DNA of 25,327 nt from IMG/VR virus record IMGVR_UViG_2711768086_000002; one strand, 5' to 3'. The stretch comes from an uncultured virus (IMG/VR IMGVR_UViG_2711768086_000002) (taxonomy: Duplodnaviria; Heunggongvirae; Uroviricota; Caudoviricetes). This document shows, one piece after another, positions 7,386-17,068 of the stretch (its first letter is position 1; every line of letters starts with the position of its first letter). The position numbers and the translations under genes were made by a program. Under the pieces are notes generated by a model. It was not told where the DNA came from, ran no database searches, and saw nothing but the letters and a program-made list of their open reading frames with translations.

Positions 7386-8813
7386 ATGGGTGTCTGCGAC
7401 GTCCCCATGATCAGCCAGGTCTGCGACGCGGTCGACGCGATCAACTTCGTCTCCGATCCGGGCAAGAGCATCACTGACGGCATCGGTGCGTGGATCACCA
7501 AGTCGATGACGGAGCTGGCGACCAGCGCCGTCAACCTCGCCTCGAAGGCGGTCAACCAGACCACCGGCATCGACCTCAACGCCGGTTGGTTCCGGCAGAA
7601 CTACGAGCTGATCCTGCCGATCGGCCTGATCCTCACGGTCGGCACGTTCTGCGCGCAGCTGATCCTCGCCGCCTGGCGCCGCGACGACCGGGCGCTGGCC
7701 CGCGCGGCCTGGGGCACCATGACCGGCGTCCTGTTCTCCTTCTGCGCGATCTCCTTCACCTCGGTTGCGGTGACGGTCGTCGACGCGCTGTCCGACAGCC
7801 TGTTCAAGGCCGCCGGAACCACGTTGGAGGACGCGATCCGGCGGATCATCAAGGTCTCCGAACTCGGCGCCATGTACGGGCTCGGCTGGACGATCCCATC
7901 CCTGGTGGCCATCGGGTGCGCGATCGGCGCGTTCCTCTACTGGGGCACGATGGTCGCCCGCAAGGTCGGCATCCTGGTCCTGGTCGTCCTCGCGAGCTTC
8001 GCCGGTGCCGGCGGAGGCTGGGAGGTCGCGCAGCGCTGGCGGCGCGGCTGGATCGAGGCCACCGCCACCCTGGTGGCGTCGAAGCTCCTGATGACCATCG
8101 TGTTCATCACCGGCATCTCCGCGATCGGCAACTCGAACGCCAAGGACGGGATGAGCGCCCTCTCCGACGCCATGGCCGGTGTCGTGATCATGGTGCTCGT
8201 GCTGCTGTGCCCGTACGCCTGCTACAAGTTCATCCACTGGGCGACCGATGGCTCGGGCCACGACGACATGCACCGCACCGGCGTCGCCGGTGTCGCGGTG
8301 GCGGCCGGGGCGGCGAAGACCGCCGCCGGCCTCGCGATGCAGATGGGCACCGGTGTCCCGGCCCCGCAGGGCCCCGGCAAGGTCCCCGGGATGGACGGCG
8401 GCGGTGCCTCCTCCGGCATCGACCCGACCGGGCGTATCAGCAAGGAAGGCATCGACGCCGGCCCCGCGCAGCAGCCGACGAAGTTTCGCTTCGGCGAGGA
8501 CCCGGCCGCACCCGGCGACCGCGGGCGCGCCCTGGTCACCCGGCCCGGCATCCCGGCCCTGATCAGCCGGGCCGCACCCGGCTCAGGTGGTGGGCAGCCG
8601 TCGTCCGGCGGCGGCCAGGACGGAGCCGCAGCCCAGCCTGCCACTCCGGCCGCTCCGGAGCTGTCGACGACCCCGGCCGCACCCTCGCCCTCGGCGCCGA
8701 GTCCGGCCCCCTCGGTCCCGGCACCGCCCGCACCGGCAGCCTCCGGACCGCCCCCGGCCGGAGCACCGGCCCGGTTCGTCTTCCCGAACCGGCCCACCCC
8801 GCCCGGTTCCTGA
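7386..8813 (+). CDS. VirB6/TrbL-like polytopic membrane protein (SCO6881-like)
   Basis: GGAAGGAGG RBS; multiple TM helices, W...RGWIE motif, Pro/Gly-rich tail. Confidence 0.82.
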   Translation: MGVCDVPMISQVCDAVDAINFVSDPGKSITDGIGAWITKSMTELATSAVNLASKAVNQTTGIDLNAGWFRQNYELILPIGLILTVGTFCAQLILAAWRRDDRALARAAWGTMTGVLFSFCAISFTSVAVTVVDALSDSLFKAAGTTLEDAIRRIIKVSELGAMYGLGWTIPSLVAIGCAIGAFLYWGTMVARKVGILVLVVLASFAGAGGGWEVAQRWRRGWIEATATLVASKLLMTIVFITGISAIGNSNAKDGMSALSDAMAGVVIMVLVLLCPYACYKFIHWATDGSGHDDMHRTGVAGVAVAAGAAKTAAGLAMQMGTGVPAPQGPGKVPGMDGGGASSGIDPTGRISKEGIDAGPAQQPTKFRFGEDPAAPGDRGRALVTRPGIPALISRAAPGSGGGQPSSGGGQDGAAAQPATPAAPELSTTPAAPSPSAPSPAPSVPAPPAPAASGPPPAGAPARFVFPNRPTPPGS

Positions 8814-8826
8814 CCGGCACCCCACA

Positions 8827-8861
8827 CCCGGGGTGGGCGGCAGCCCGCCGCCCACCCCGGG
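8827..8861. terminator. Strong intra-operon hairpin
   Basis: Perfect 15-bp stem CCCGGGGTGGGCGGC / GCCGCCCACCCCGGG, 5-nt loop. Confidence 0.7.
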
Positions 8862-8959
8862 CCCCGCCTCCGAGCCCCCGGAAGGAGCCCTGCGATGACG
8901 TCCAGAAGAGCACCGCGTCCCCGCCCGCCGCCCGCATGCTCACTCCCTCTGGAATCCCG

Positions 8960-10429
8960 ATGTCCTCTTCGACGCCCGACGCCACCCCTGCGTCCGTCAA
9001 GTTCCCCCACCGCTCCAAGCGCGGCATCCTGCTCGGCCTGAGCGCGCCGCAGCTGATCGCCTGCGCCACCACCGGCCTGCTGCTGCTTGCCGTGCTCACC
9101 ACCCGGGGCGTCACCGGCGCCCTGCAGCTCATACCCCTGTGGGCCGCTGTCGCCGCCCTGGTGTTCATCCGCTACCGGGGCCGCACCCTCGCCGACTGGG
9201 CACCGATCGCCGCCCGCTACGGCCTGCGGCGGCTGCGCGGACAGCTGGTCTGGCTCGTCCGCCCCTCCTCTCGCCCGGTGCGCGAGGGTCTGCTCCACCT
9301 GCCCGGAAGCGCGGCCAGCCTGCGCGTGGTCACCGCCCCGGACCGCCGCTACGGCGCCGTCCACGACCCGCACGCCGGCACCCTCACCGCGATCGTCAAG
9401 GTCAGCAGCCGCGCCTACGCTCTCCTCGACCCCGGCACCCAGAGCGCCAACGTCAACGGCTGGGGGCGTGCTCTCGCGGCGCTCGCCCGCACCGGCCAGG
9501 TCGCCCGTATCCAGGTGGTGGAGCGGACCGTCCCGGACACCGGCGACGCGCTTCGCCGTTACTGGGAGGAGCACGGCCACCCCGACGCGCCGCTCGCGGG
9601 CGAGCTGTACGGGGAGCTGATCCGGGGCGCCGGTCCGGCGGCCGTCCCTCACGAGGCGTACGTCGCCGTGGCCATGGACTTCAAGGCGGCGCGACGGCTG
9701 ATCAACCAGGCCGGTGGCGGCCTGACCGGCGGCTTCGCGGTCCTGGCCCAGCTCACCTCCGCGTTCGAGCAGTCCGCCCGCACCGCCGGCCTCAACCCGA
9801 CCGGCTGGCTCAACGCCGAAGAGATCGCCGCCGTCGCCCGTACCGCCTACGACCCGAAGTCCCGTGCCGCGCTGGACCGCTGGTCCGAGGACGGGCGCCC
9901 GGCCGCCGACCCCGCCGCCGCCGGCCCGGTGGTCGTGGTGGAGAAGGCCGACCACATCTCGACCGACTCCGCCCACCACACCACCTACTGGGTTGAGAAC
10001 TGGCCCAGGACGCAGGTCAACCCCGGCTTCCTGCACCAGCTCATGTTCGCCTCCGGTGTTCGCCGCACCGTCTCCTTGGCCTACGAGCCGAAGGACCTGG
10101 ACTCGGCAATGCGCGATGTCCGCCGCAAGAAGGCGTCGGTGATCGCGGACTCGGCCGAGCGTGCCCGCAAGGGCCAGGTGGCCAGCGAGGCCGACTCGGT
10201 GGAGTACCAGGACATCCAGGATCGCGAGCGGCAGCTGATCGCCGGCCATGCCGACGTGGCCCTCACCGGGCTGCTGACCGTCTCCGCCGATACGGAGGAC
10301 GAACTGCGCTCCGCCTGCGCCGTGGTGGAGACCGCGGCCGTGGGCGCCCAGCTCGATCTTCGCCCGCTCACCTGGCAGCAGGCCGAGGCGTTCACCGCCT
10401 CCGCACTGCCGTTCGCCCTCGCCGCTTGA
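8960..10429 (+). CDS. PrgI/VirB3-like conjugation protein (SCO6880-like)
   Basis: RGILLGLSAPQL plus two TM helices, RIQVVERTVPD, WVENWPR, QQAEAFTASALP; lies before virB4. Confidence 0.82.
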   Translation: MSSSTPDATPASVKFPHRSKRGILLGLSAPQLIACATTGLLLLAVLTTRGVTGALQLIPLWAAVAALVFIRYRGRTLADWAPIAARYGLRRLRGQLVWLVRPSSRPVREGLLHLPGSAASLRVVTAPDRRYGAVHDPHAGTLTAIVKVSSRAYALLDPGTQSANVNGWGRALAALARTGQVARIQVVERTVPDTGDALRRYWEEHGHPDAPLAGELYGELIRGAGPAAVPHEAYVAVAMDFKAARRLINQAGGGLTGGFAVLAQLTSAFEQSARTAGLNPTGWLNAEEIAAVARTAYDPKSRAALDRWSEDGRPAADPAAAGPVVVVEKADHISTDSAHHTTYWVENWPRTQVNPGFLHQLMFASGVRRTVSLAYEPKDLDSAMRDVRRKKASVIADSAERARKGQVASEADSVEYQDIQDRERQLIAGHADVALTGLLTVSADTEDELRSACAVVETAAVGAQLDLRPLTWQQAEAFTASALPFALAA

Positions 10430-10463
10430 TGCCGGCCCGCCCTCCCTCTGAAAGAGCACCCTG

Positions 10464-10913
10464 ATGCCGGCCACCACCCCCGTCGCGCAGGACTTCGTCC
10501 CGTACGCGACCGCCGCGATCGACTTCCACCGCGCGCTCAACGTCCCGACCGGCCCGCTGGTCGCCTCCCGCGCCGAACTCGACTGCCTGCACGAGCACTT
10601 GGTCTCGCTCCACGGCCTCCTTGACGCCCACGCCCAGCGCACCTCCCCGCTGCTGCCAGCCGAGGGCGACCACCTCAAGGCCGCCCGCACCCGCCTGTGG
10701 CAGGCCGCCGACCACCTCCACGCCGCCTACCACGCCTCACCCCGGCCCGGCAGCGGAGAGGTCCCCGGCCCCGACGCGTGCCGCGCCCGCCTTCCCGAGG
10801 GCGCGCCGGAGCTGAGCATCTGCCGCCGCCACCAGGAGACCGCGCAGCTGGTGCGCCGCCGCACCACCCCTGCCGACCTGCACGCCCCGTTCACCGGCCT
10901 CGTCCGCCGCTGA
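10464..10913 (+). CDS. Conserved ICE hypothetical protein (DUF6238-like)
   Basis: 149 aa, His-rich helical, co-oriented between PrgI-like and VirB4 genes; family name from recall only. Confidence 0.65.
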   Translation: MPATTPVAQDFVPYATAAIDFHRALNVPTGPLVASRAELDCLHEHLVSLHGLLDAHAQRTSPLLPAEGDHLKAARTRLWQAADHLHAAYHASPRPGSGEVPGPDACRARLPEGAPELSICRRHQETAQLVRRRTTPADLHAPFTGLVRR

Positions 10914-10936
10914 CCTGCACCCCGGAATCCGTGATC

Positions 10937-12442
10937 ATGCCCAGGAACCGCGCCACCGCCTCCCACCTGTTCGTCCCGCGCAAGACCAGCCGAGCCGACC
11001 GGCGCTCCGCCCGTGCCGGGTTCGCCGAAGCCCGCACCAAGGCCCGCCTCGCCACCCTCCCCACCGTGCGGCGCGAGCGCGAGAGCACCGACCCCGAACT
11101 GCGGCCCGTCTACCCGGTCTCCGGCCGCCCCGGTCCCGCTTCCGCCCGTGGCGGCAAGCTCCGCCTTCCCAAGCACCGCATGACCACCGCCGTCGCCGGC
11201 GGGGCCTACCCCTTCCTCGCGGAGGCCGGCCTCGGCGCCGAAGGGATCTTCATCGGCCGAGACCTGCACGCCGAAGGCTCGTTCTGCTACGACCCCTTCG
11301 CCCTCTACAACTCCGGCCGAATAGAGGGGTTCACGAACCCGAACGGGATCCTGTGCGGCATCATCGGCATGGGCAAGAGCGCGCTCGCCAAGTCCATCGC
11401 GACCCGTGCCATCGCTCACGGATACAAGATCTACATCCCGTCCGACCCGAAGGGTGAGTGGTCGGGCCTGGCCGAGGCCCTCGGCGGCCAGACGATCGCG
11501 CTCGGCCCTGGCCTGCCTGGGAAGTTGAACCCGCTGGACGCGCCGCAGCGTCCGGACGGGGTGAGCGAGGAGGACTGGACCAGCGAGGTCCGCAAGCGCA
11601 GGCTCCTGCTGCTGGCCAGCCTCGCGGCCACCGTGCTCAAGCGCGATCTGCTGCCGATGGAGCACACGGGCCTGGACGTCGCGCTCGATCTGGCCGTCGC
11701 CGACGCCGAGGCGACGGGCACGGTGCCGCTGCTCGGCGATATCGCCCAGGCTCTCGGCCGACCTGAGCGCCTGGATGCCGCCCTCGGCGACCAGGCCGGC
11801 AGCCTCGGCCACGCCATCGACGACCTCGCCCACGCTCTGCGCCGCCTGGTCCACGGCGACTTGTCCGGCATGTTCGACGCGCCGTCCACCGTGACGTTCG
11901 ACCCGGACGCACCGATGCTCTCGATCGACCTCTCCCGGCTCGGCAGCAGCGGCGACGACACGGCCCTGGTGCTGGCCATGACGTGTGCGAGCGCGTGGAT
12001 GGAGTCCGCCCTCGCGGACCCCGCCGGCGGTCGCCGGTGGGTGATCTACGACGAGGCGTGGCGGATCATGCGGCACGTCGGCCTGCTGGAACGGATGCAG
12101 CAGCAGTGGAAGCTGTCCCGAGGCTTGGGCATCGCCAACCTGCTGATCCTGCACCGCCTTTCGGATCTGCTGTCCGCAGGCGACGCCGGATCGCGCGGGC
12201 GAGTCCTCGCGGAGGGACTCCTGGCTGACTGCAGCACCCGGATCATCTACCGCCAGGAACCGGACCAGATCCCCGCCGCCATGGCCCTGCTCGGCCTCAC
12301 CGGCGTCGAGGCCCAGGCCATTGCCGCCCTCACTCGCGGCCGGGGCCTGTGGAAGGTCGCCAGCCTGAGCTTCATCGTGCAGCACCTCCTCCACTCCAGG
12401 GAGAAGCAGCTGTACGACACCGACTTCCGCATGGCCGCTTGA
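10937..12442 (+). CDS. virB4: VirB4-like conjugative ATPase
   Basis: Walker A GIIGMGKS, DPKGEW, LNPLD, Walker B VIYDEAW, KLSRGLG..HRLSD. Confidence 0.92.
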   Translation: MPRNRATASHLFVPRKTSRADRRSARAGFAEARTKARLATLPTVRRERESTDPELRPVYPVSGRPGPASARGGKLRLPKHRMTTAVAGGAYPFLAEAGLGAEGIFIGRDLHAEGSFCYDPFALYNSGRIEGFTNPNGILCGIIGMGKSALAKSIATRAIAHGYKIYIPSDPKGEWSGLAEALGGQTIALGPGLPGKLNPLDAPQRPDGVSEEDWTSEVRKRRLLLLASLAATVLKRDLLPMEHTGLDVALDLAVADAEATGTVPLLGDIAQALGRPERLDAALGDQAGSLGHAIDDLAHALRRLVHGDLSGMFDAPSTVTFDPDAPMLSIDLSRLGSSGDDTALVLAMTCASAWMESALADPAGGRRWVIYDEAWRIMRHVGLLERMQQQWKLSRGLGIANLLILHRLSDLLSAGDAGSRGRVLAEGLLADCSTRIIYRQEPDQIPAAMALLGLTGVEAQAIAALTRGRGLWKVASLSFIVQHLLHSREKQLYDTDFRMAA

Positions 12443-12472
12443 CCGGCCCGACTTCAGGAATCCTGAACCCGA

Positions 12473-13750
12473 GTGTCTACCAACGACGTTGTGTCCTACC
12501 TCGACCACGCCCATCTTATGGCGGCCGACTTCACGGAGTTCGAGCAGCTGGTCGCCGCCCGCCCCGACCAGCGCCCCGCCCTTCACGCCAACTGGCACCC
12601 CGTCCTGACCTCCACCCAGCGCGACGGCGCACAGTGGATGTCCTCCTCCGCCGTGTTCAAGCCCTGCGACGCCCGCGTCGACACCGAACTCAGCGAGGAG
12701 ACGTACGTACGGGTGTACTTCGACGAGGACGGCCGGGCACTGCCCGACCGGCCCCGCCGCCCCGTGCCCGTTCCGCCGCTGGCCGCCGAGCTGGCCGAGC
12801 ACCTGCCCGGGTGGTCCGTCCAGCCCTGTCCCCTCAACCCCGGCCGGGATCTCGTCGAACTGCGCGAGCGGCTCTGGGGTGGAGGTCCAGCGCCCTGGGA
12901 CAGCGTCTCGCCTCCGCACACCGCCCTGCTCCTCGCCGGCCCCGGCGGTGAGCGGTTCCTCGCCGTGAGGCCACGCCCCGGCCACGAGCTGGTGGTCCGC
13001 GCTGCCCGGCCCGACGACGATTCCGACAGCCTCCTCGGCGGCATGAAGCCCCCGGCCCGCATCGTGTTCCCCACCGACGCGACGCCGGCCACGGTGGCGG
13101 CCGATGTCCGGGACCGCCTCGCGCCCGGCTACCGGCAGGCCGCCTGGCAGGCGCGGACGAACGCCTTCACCTTCGCCGCCGAGGGCCTGCAGCGACTGAG
13201 CACCGCCTACATCCCCGGAACCGACATGCCTTGGAGCCGCCGTGGGGAGGCCGGCTCCTTCGAATCCGAGGCCGGCCGCAACCGGGCCGCCTGGCGCTAC
13301 ATCACCACGCTCACCGGCCAGGGCCCGCACCTCGTGGCCGGCATACGGGCAACTGCCCGCGTCGAGGACCACCTCGACCCCGCCACCGGCCCCGCCCTGC
13401 GACGGCTCGGCGAATCCGAGAGGGCACTCGGGCGGCTCCGGGAGATCCGGGAGGGCTGGCAGGACGCCATGGACTGCATCCTCCCCGGGCACCCCAAGGC
13501 CCAGCAGGTCCTCGACCGCGGCGAAGACCTGCGCAACCAGGAGGCGTGGCAGGCCGCCGCACCGCTCAGGGACGGCCCGCTTCCCGCGCTCGCCGCGCAC
13601 GTCGCTCCCAGGGCCGCCCTGCCCGTGCCGGACCGCGAGCAGCAGGTCAAGGCCGCGCTCGCCCGCACCGGCCATCCCCGAGGCGACTTCGCGGTGGCGC
13701 CTGCTCCGCCCCTCCCGCCGGTTCTCGGCACACCCCGCCGCACGCGGTGA
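12473..13750 (+). CDS. Hypothetical protein with shared C-terminal tail
   Basis: 425 aa, co-oriented; ends QVKAALART...PRRTR. Confidence 0.75.
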   Translation: MSTNDVVSYLDHAHLMAADFTEFEQLVAARPDQRPALHANWHPVLTSTQRDGAQWMSSSAVFKPCDARVDTELSEETYVRVYFDEDGRALPDRPRRPVPVPPLAAELAEHLPGWSVQPCPLNPGRDLVELRERLWGGGPAPWDSVSPPHTALLLAGPGGERFLAVRPRPGHELVVRAARPDDDSDSLLGGMKPPARIVFPTDATPATVAADVRDRLAPGYRQAAWQARTNAFTFAAEGLQRLSTAYIPGTDMPWSRRGEAGSFESEAGRNRAAWRYITTLTGQGPHLVAGIRATARVEDHLDPATGPALRRLGESERALGRLREIREGWQDAMDCILPGHPKAQQVLDRGEDLRNQEAWQAAAPLRDGPLPALAAHVAPRAALPVPDREQQVKAALARTGHPRGDFAVAPAPPLPPVLGTPRRTR

Positions 13751-13850
13751 CCGCCTACCACCGCTTCGCAGCCGGACCAAGTCCCCGGTCCCCGGCATCA
13801 TCAGCGCCCCACCTCCAGCGCCCCGGGGCGCGCACCCCCAGGAGCACGCC

Positions 13851-14957
13851 ATGCAACCCTCTGATCTGACCGTCCTGTTCACCGAGAACGCCTTCGGTGT
13901 CACCGCTCACATCTACGGCCCGGACACCCTGACCGACCGTAACGCCACCGGTCCGGCCCGGCGCTATCTCCCTGTCACCCGTCCCCTCGCGCAGCGGGGC
14001 CTTGAGACCGGAGTCGACTTCGGGGCGGACGACTACATCGTTGACGCGGGTCTGCCTGACGGCAGCCGCCTCGTGATCTCGCCGGAGCAGTCCGGCCATG
14101 CGGACGATGCCCTGCCGGACTGGCTGGCGACTCATCACTCCAGCCCCGACGACCCGGATCTGTTCGAAGTCGTCTACGACAGCAGGCTGGACGGGCCCGA
14201 CGCCCGCAACGGGGGAAGCGTGCCCAAGCTGCTCGCCGCCGTCGACGAGCATCTCGACGGCCTCGGCGTGCCGTCCCGCCAGCAGGTCCAGGCCGTACGC
14301 GAAGGCGCCGAGTCCGCACTCCACCGCGCCGGGTTCATCCCCGTCGTCCGCATCCACGAGACCCACCACCGGCTTCCCGCCGCCATGGTCGGCCCCGGCG
14401 AGCGCCGGGTCACCGTCACACGGGCCGTCGACTACCTGCGCTCCGCCGGCTACGGCTTCACCTGCCCGGCGGACCTGATCGACCACAGCCTTCCGCCGGC
14501 GCTGCCCCCGGCCCGGTCGCTGGCTCAGGTCAGCAAGACCATCGCCGAGGCCGGCCACACCCGGGATGCGGTCGAGGCGCTGAGCGAGCTGACCGCACCC
14601 GGTGACGGCGTCCTCGACCAGGTCGTCGGCGCACTCCACCAGACCGCCTCCTGGTGGGAGGGGCTGGGCGGCGCCTCCGATCCGCACTACGCGGCCCGCC
14701 TGCGCTACATCGCGGACCAGGCGGACGGCTACGTGCGGGAGATCCGGGCGATGCGAGGCGACCTCGCCGACCGGCACACCGCCCACCCCGGGCGACCCCG
14801 GTCCGCAGCCCAGGTCACGGCCGCTGGCCTCGACGCCCGGGTGCTCGCCGCGCTCGCCACCTCCCCCGCCTCCACGCGAACCCTCACCGGCCACCCGGCC
14901 GAAGCGGTCCTCGCCTCCCCCGTCTCCGCCGTCCGCGCCGCCGGGCCGCGCCGCTGA
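13851..14957 (+). CDS. Hypothetical modular protein (domains A+B) with shared tail
   Basis: AGGAG RBS, ATG 13851; ends RVLAALATSP...GPRR. Confidence 0.8.
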   Translation: MQPSDLTVLFTENAFGVTAHIYGPDTLTDRNATGPARRYLPVTRPLAQRGLETGVDFGADDYIVDAGLPDGSRLVISPEQSGHADDALPDWLATHHSSPDDPDLFEVVYDSRLDGPDARNGGSVPKLLAAVDEHLDGLGVPSRQQVQAVREGAESALHRAGFIPVVRIHETHHRLPAAMVGPGERRVTVTRAVDYLRSAGYGFTCPADLIDHSLPPALPPARSLAQVSKTIAEAGHTRDAVEALSELTAPGDGVLDQVVGALHQTASWWEGLGGASDPHYAARLRYIADQADGYVREIRAMRGDLADRHTAHPGRPRSAAQVTAAGLDARVLAALATSPASTRTLTGHPAEAVLASPVSAVRAAGPRR

Positions 14958-15054
14958 ACCCCTGTCCCGGAAGGAAGACCGCCATGCCCCGCCGCTGCAG
15001 ACCCGCGCCCCAACCGCCGGTCCACCGTCCGAACCAGCACCGCGGAGCCCCACC

Positions 15055-15801
15055 GTGCCTACCGCCGCACCCACCCAGCTGCCCGACGTCGCCATCGGGC
15101 ACCACCCGACACACGGCATCGTCGCCTCCCTGCCCACCCAGAACGCCGCCGCCCACTGGTTCCTGGAGCGCCTCGACTTCCAGCAACTACCCGGCAACCC
15201 GAAGCTCTTCACGCTCACCGACCAGCACCGCGAACCCCGCGAGCGCGCCGCCTGGGCCGCCAAGCTCCTCACCGGCGCCGGCTACCAGATCGACACCGAC
15301 ATGGCACTCGCCCCCAACGAGAAGACCGGCACGCGGGAACAGGCCCACGCCCGGCTGCCCGCGACCGAACCGGTGCCGGACACCGGTCCGGACGTCGCCT
15401 TCGCCGAGCATCCGCAGCTCGGTGTCGTCGCTGCCACTGACGACACCGTCAACGCGGTCGAGCGCGGTGGTCAGATCCTCGAAGCCCACGGCTGGCGGTT
15501 CAACCACGTGCTCGACGTCTACACACTGCCGGTCACCGTCGACCGGGGCGAGTCGCTGGAGCGCATGGCCTCCGCCACCGCCGCCATGCACCGCGCAGGC
15601 GACCTGCAGGTTGCGGTCCAGCCGCGTCTGGCCGAGGACCTCGCCGCCTGCCGTGCACCGGCCCAGCAGGCTTTCACCACGCACAAGTTCCGCGCCAACG
15701 AGGCTTCGCTCAAGGCAACCACCGCCGTGTCGACCGCTGTCGCCGTGATCCCGCCGCCGGCGGCGGTCGACCCGCGCATCGCCTTCGCCCGTTCCCGCTG
15801 A
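15055..15801 (+). CDS. Hypothetical protein, tandem duplicated domain A
   Basis: GGAG RBS, GTG 15055; internal repeat PDVAIGHHPTHGIVA / PDVAFAEHPQLGVVA; ends FARSR. Confidence 0.78.
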   Translation: MPTAAPTQLPDVAIGHHPTHGIVASLPTQNAAAHWFLERLDFQQLPGNPKLFTLTDQHREPRERAAWAAKLLTGAGYQIDTDMALAPNEKTGTREQAHARLPATEPVPDTGPDVAFAEHPQLGVVAATDDTVNAVERGGQILEAHGWRFNHVLDVYTLPVTVDRGESLERMASATAAMHRAGDLQVAVQPRLAEDLAACRAPAQQAFTTHKFRANEASLKATTAVSTAVAVIPPPAAVDPRIAFARSR

Positions 15802-15838
15802 CCACCCCAACCCCCACCCCTACCAAGGAGAAGAGCAC

Positions 15839-16336
15839 ATGGCTGTGAAGAAGGTCTGGCAGATCACCCACTCGTGCGGGCACCAGGCGGCCAGGGATCT
15901 TGGTGACCGTCCGGCCGACCGCCGGGCCGGCTTCGCCGACTGGCTCGCCAAGCAGGAGTGCACCGACTGCTGGCGCGCCGCGAAGGACGGCGACGAGGCC
16001 GAGAAGGCTGCGTGGCTGCAGGCCAAGCGGTCCGCCGAGCAGGCGGAGTCGGAAGCCTGGTCCGAGCAGTTCCGGATGCCGCCGCTGGAGGGCACCGAGA
16101 AGGGGATCGCCTGGGGCGTGCGCTGCCGCCACCAGGTCCTCGCCGCCGCGTACGCCGCGCTCGTCGTCGACTCCGGCATGCCGGAGCCCGAGTGGGAGCG
16201 GATCGAGGACCGGGCACGCACGATCACCCGCGCCGGCTGGTGGATCGACCAGCGCACCTCCGGACCGGGCGACCTGGAGGAGCTGCTGGAGGCCGCCGTG
16301 GACGCCGACCGGCCGACCGAGAACCCCTTCATGTGA
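15839..16336 (+). CDS. Hypothetical protein, probable Zn-binding N-terminus
   Basis: AAGGAG RBS; HSCGH...CTDC ligands, coiled segment, PPLEGTEKGIAWG. Confidence 0.8.
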   Translation: MAVKKVWQITHSCGHQAARDLGDRPADRRAGFADWLAKQECTDCWRAAKDGDEAEKAAWLQAKRSAEQAESEAWSEQFRMPPLEGTEKGIAWGVRCRHQVLAAAYAALVVDSGMPEPEWERIEDRARTITRAGWWIDQRTSGPGDLEELLEAAVDADRPTENPFM

Positions 16337-16411
16337 CCTGCCGGCGCGCTGCCCGGAGCAGGGCACCGGCCCCAACTCCCACCGCCGTAGAACGATTCGG
16401 AACACACCTCC

Positions 16412-16936
16412 ATGGCTACCTACCCGCTGCAGTGCACCGTCCGGCGCACCGAGAGCACCCTCGACCTGCTGAACGCGTTGGACGCGCTCAACGACGACCC
16501 CGACTTCGAGCCGAGCCTGTTCGCTACGTGGTCGCCCGGTCCGCCCGATCAGCAGGTCTACGACCTGCGGGACCTGGCGGCGCTGCTGGACGAACCGCGG
16601 GCGCTTCGCAAGCCCCGCACCGGCCACACCCCCTCCCCGCGCCTGACCTGGCACTGCTCGATACGCAGCACCACCCAGTCCGGCCTCAGCGAGGATCACT
16701 GGTGGGACCTGCTGCTGCAGGTGCTCAATGCCACCGGCATCCAGCCGCAGAACGATCCCAACTCCTGCCGCTGGCTGGCTGTGCGCTCCACCGCCGACAG
16801 GCTCGACATCGTCGCCACCGTCATCCGCCAGGACGGCAGCTGGGCCCGGCTGCACAACGACGAGCGATTCGCCCAGTACGCCTGCGAGCGCTTCGCTGCT
16901 GACCACAAGATCAACTCGCCGAAGCCGCTCGGCTAG
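16412..16936 (+). CDS. Degenerate relaxase (MOB-P/VirD2-like) domain protein
   Basis: TWHCSIR...LSEDHW...TGI...CRWLAVR...DIVAT follows the actinobacterial relaxase pattern but the HxH metal motif reads RLD. Confidence 0.72.
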   Translation: MATYPLQCTVRRTESTLDLLNALDALNDDPDFEPSLFATWSPGPPDQQVYDLRDLAALLDEPRALRKPRTGHTPSPRLTWHCSIRSTTQSGLSEDHWWDLLLQVLNATGIQPQNDPNSCRWLAVRSTADRLDIVATVIRQDGSWARLHNDERFAQYACERFAADHKINSPKPLG

Positions 16937-16947
16937 GACTGTTGGAC

Positions 16948-16992
16948 GGCCCGGCCGGAGCGCGGCTTCTACCACCGATCTCCGGCCGGGCC
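16948..16992. repeat. 13-bp perfect inverted repeat with 19-nt spacer
   Basis: GGCCCGGCCGGAG (16948-16960) / CTCCGGCCGGGCC (16980-16992) between the two relaxase-like genes. Confidence 0.7.
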
Positions 16993-17068
16993 AAACCTCC
17001 GATCCTGCGGACTCTGTCCTCGTCAGCCCGCTCGCCGGGCCCCGCCGCCCGTCCGAGAAGGGGACGCC

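Noticed and set aside
7490..8959. 979-aa ORF as one protein
   Set aside because: The 5' half overlaps the VirB6-like gene off-frame; recognisable PrgI-like sequence begins near ATG 8960.
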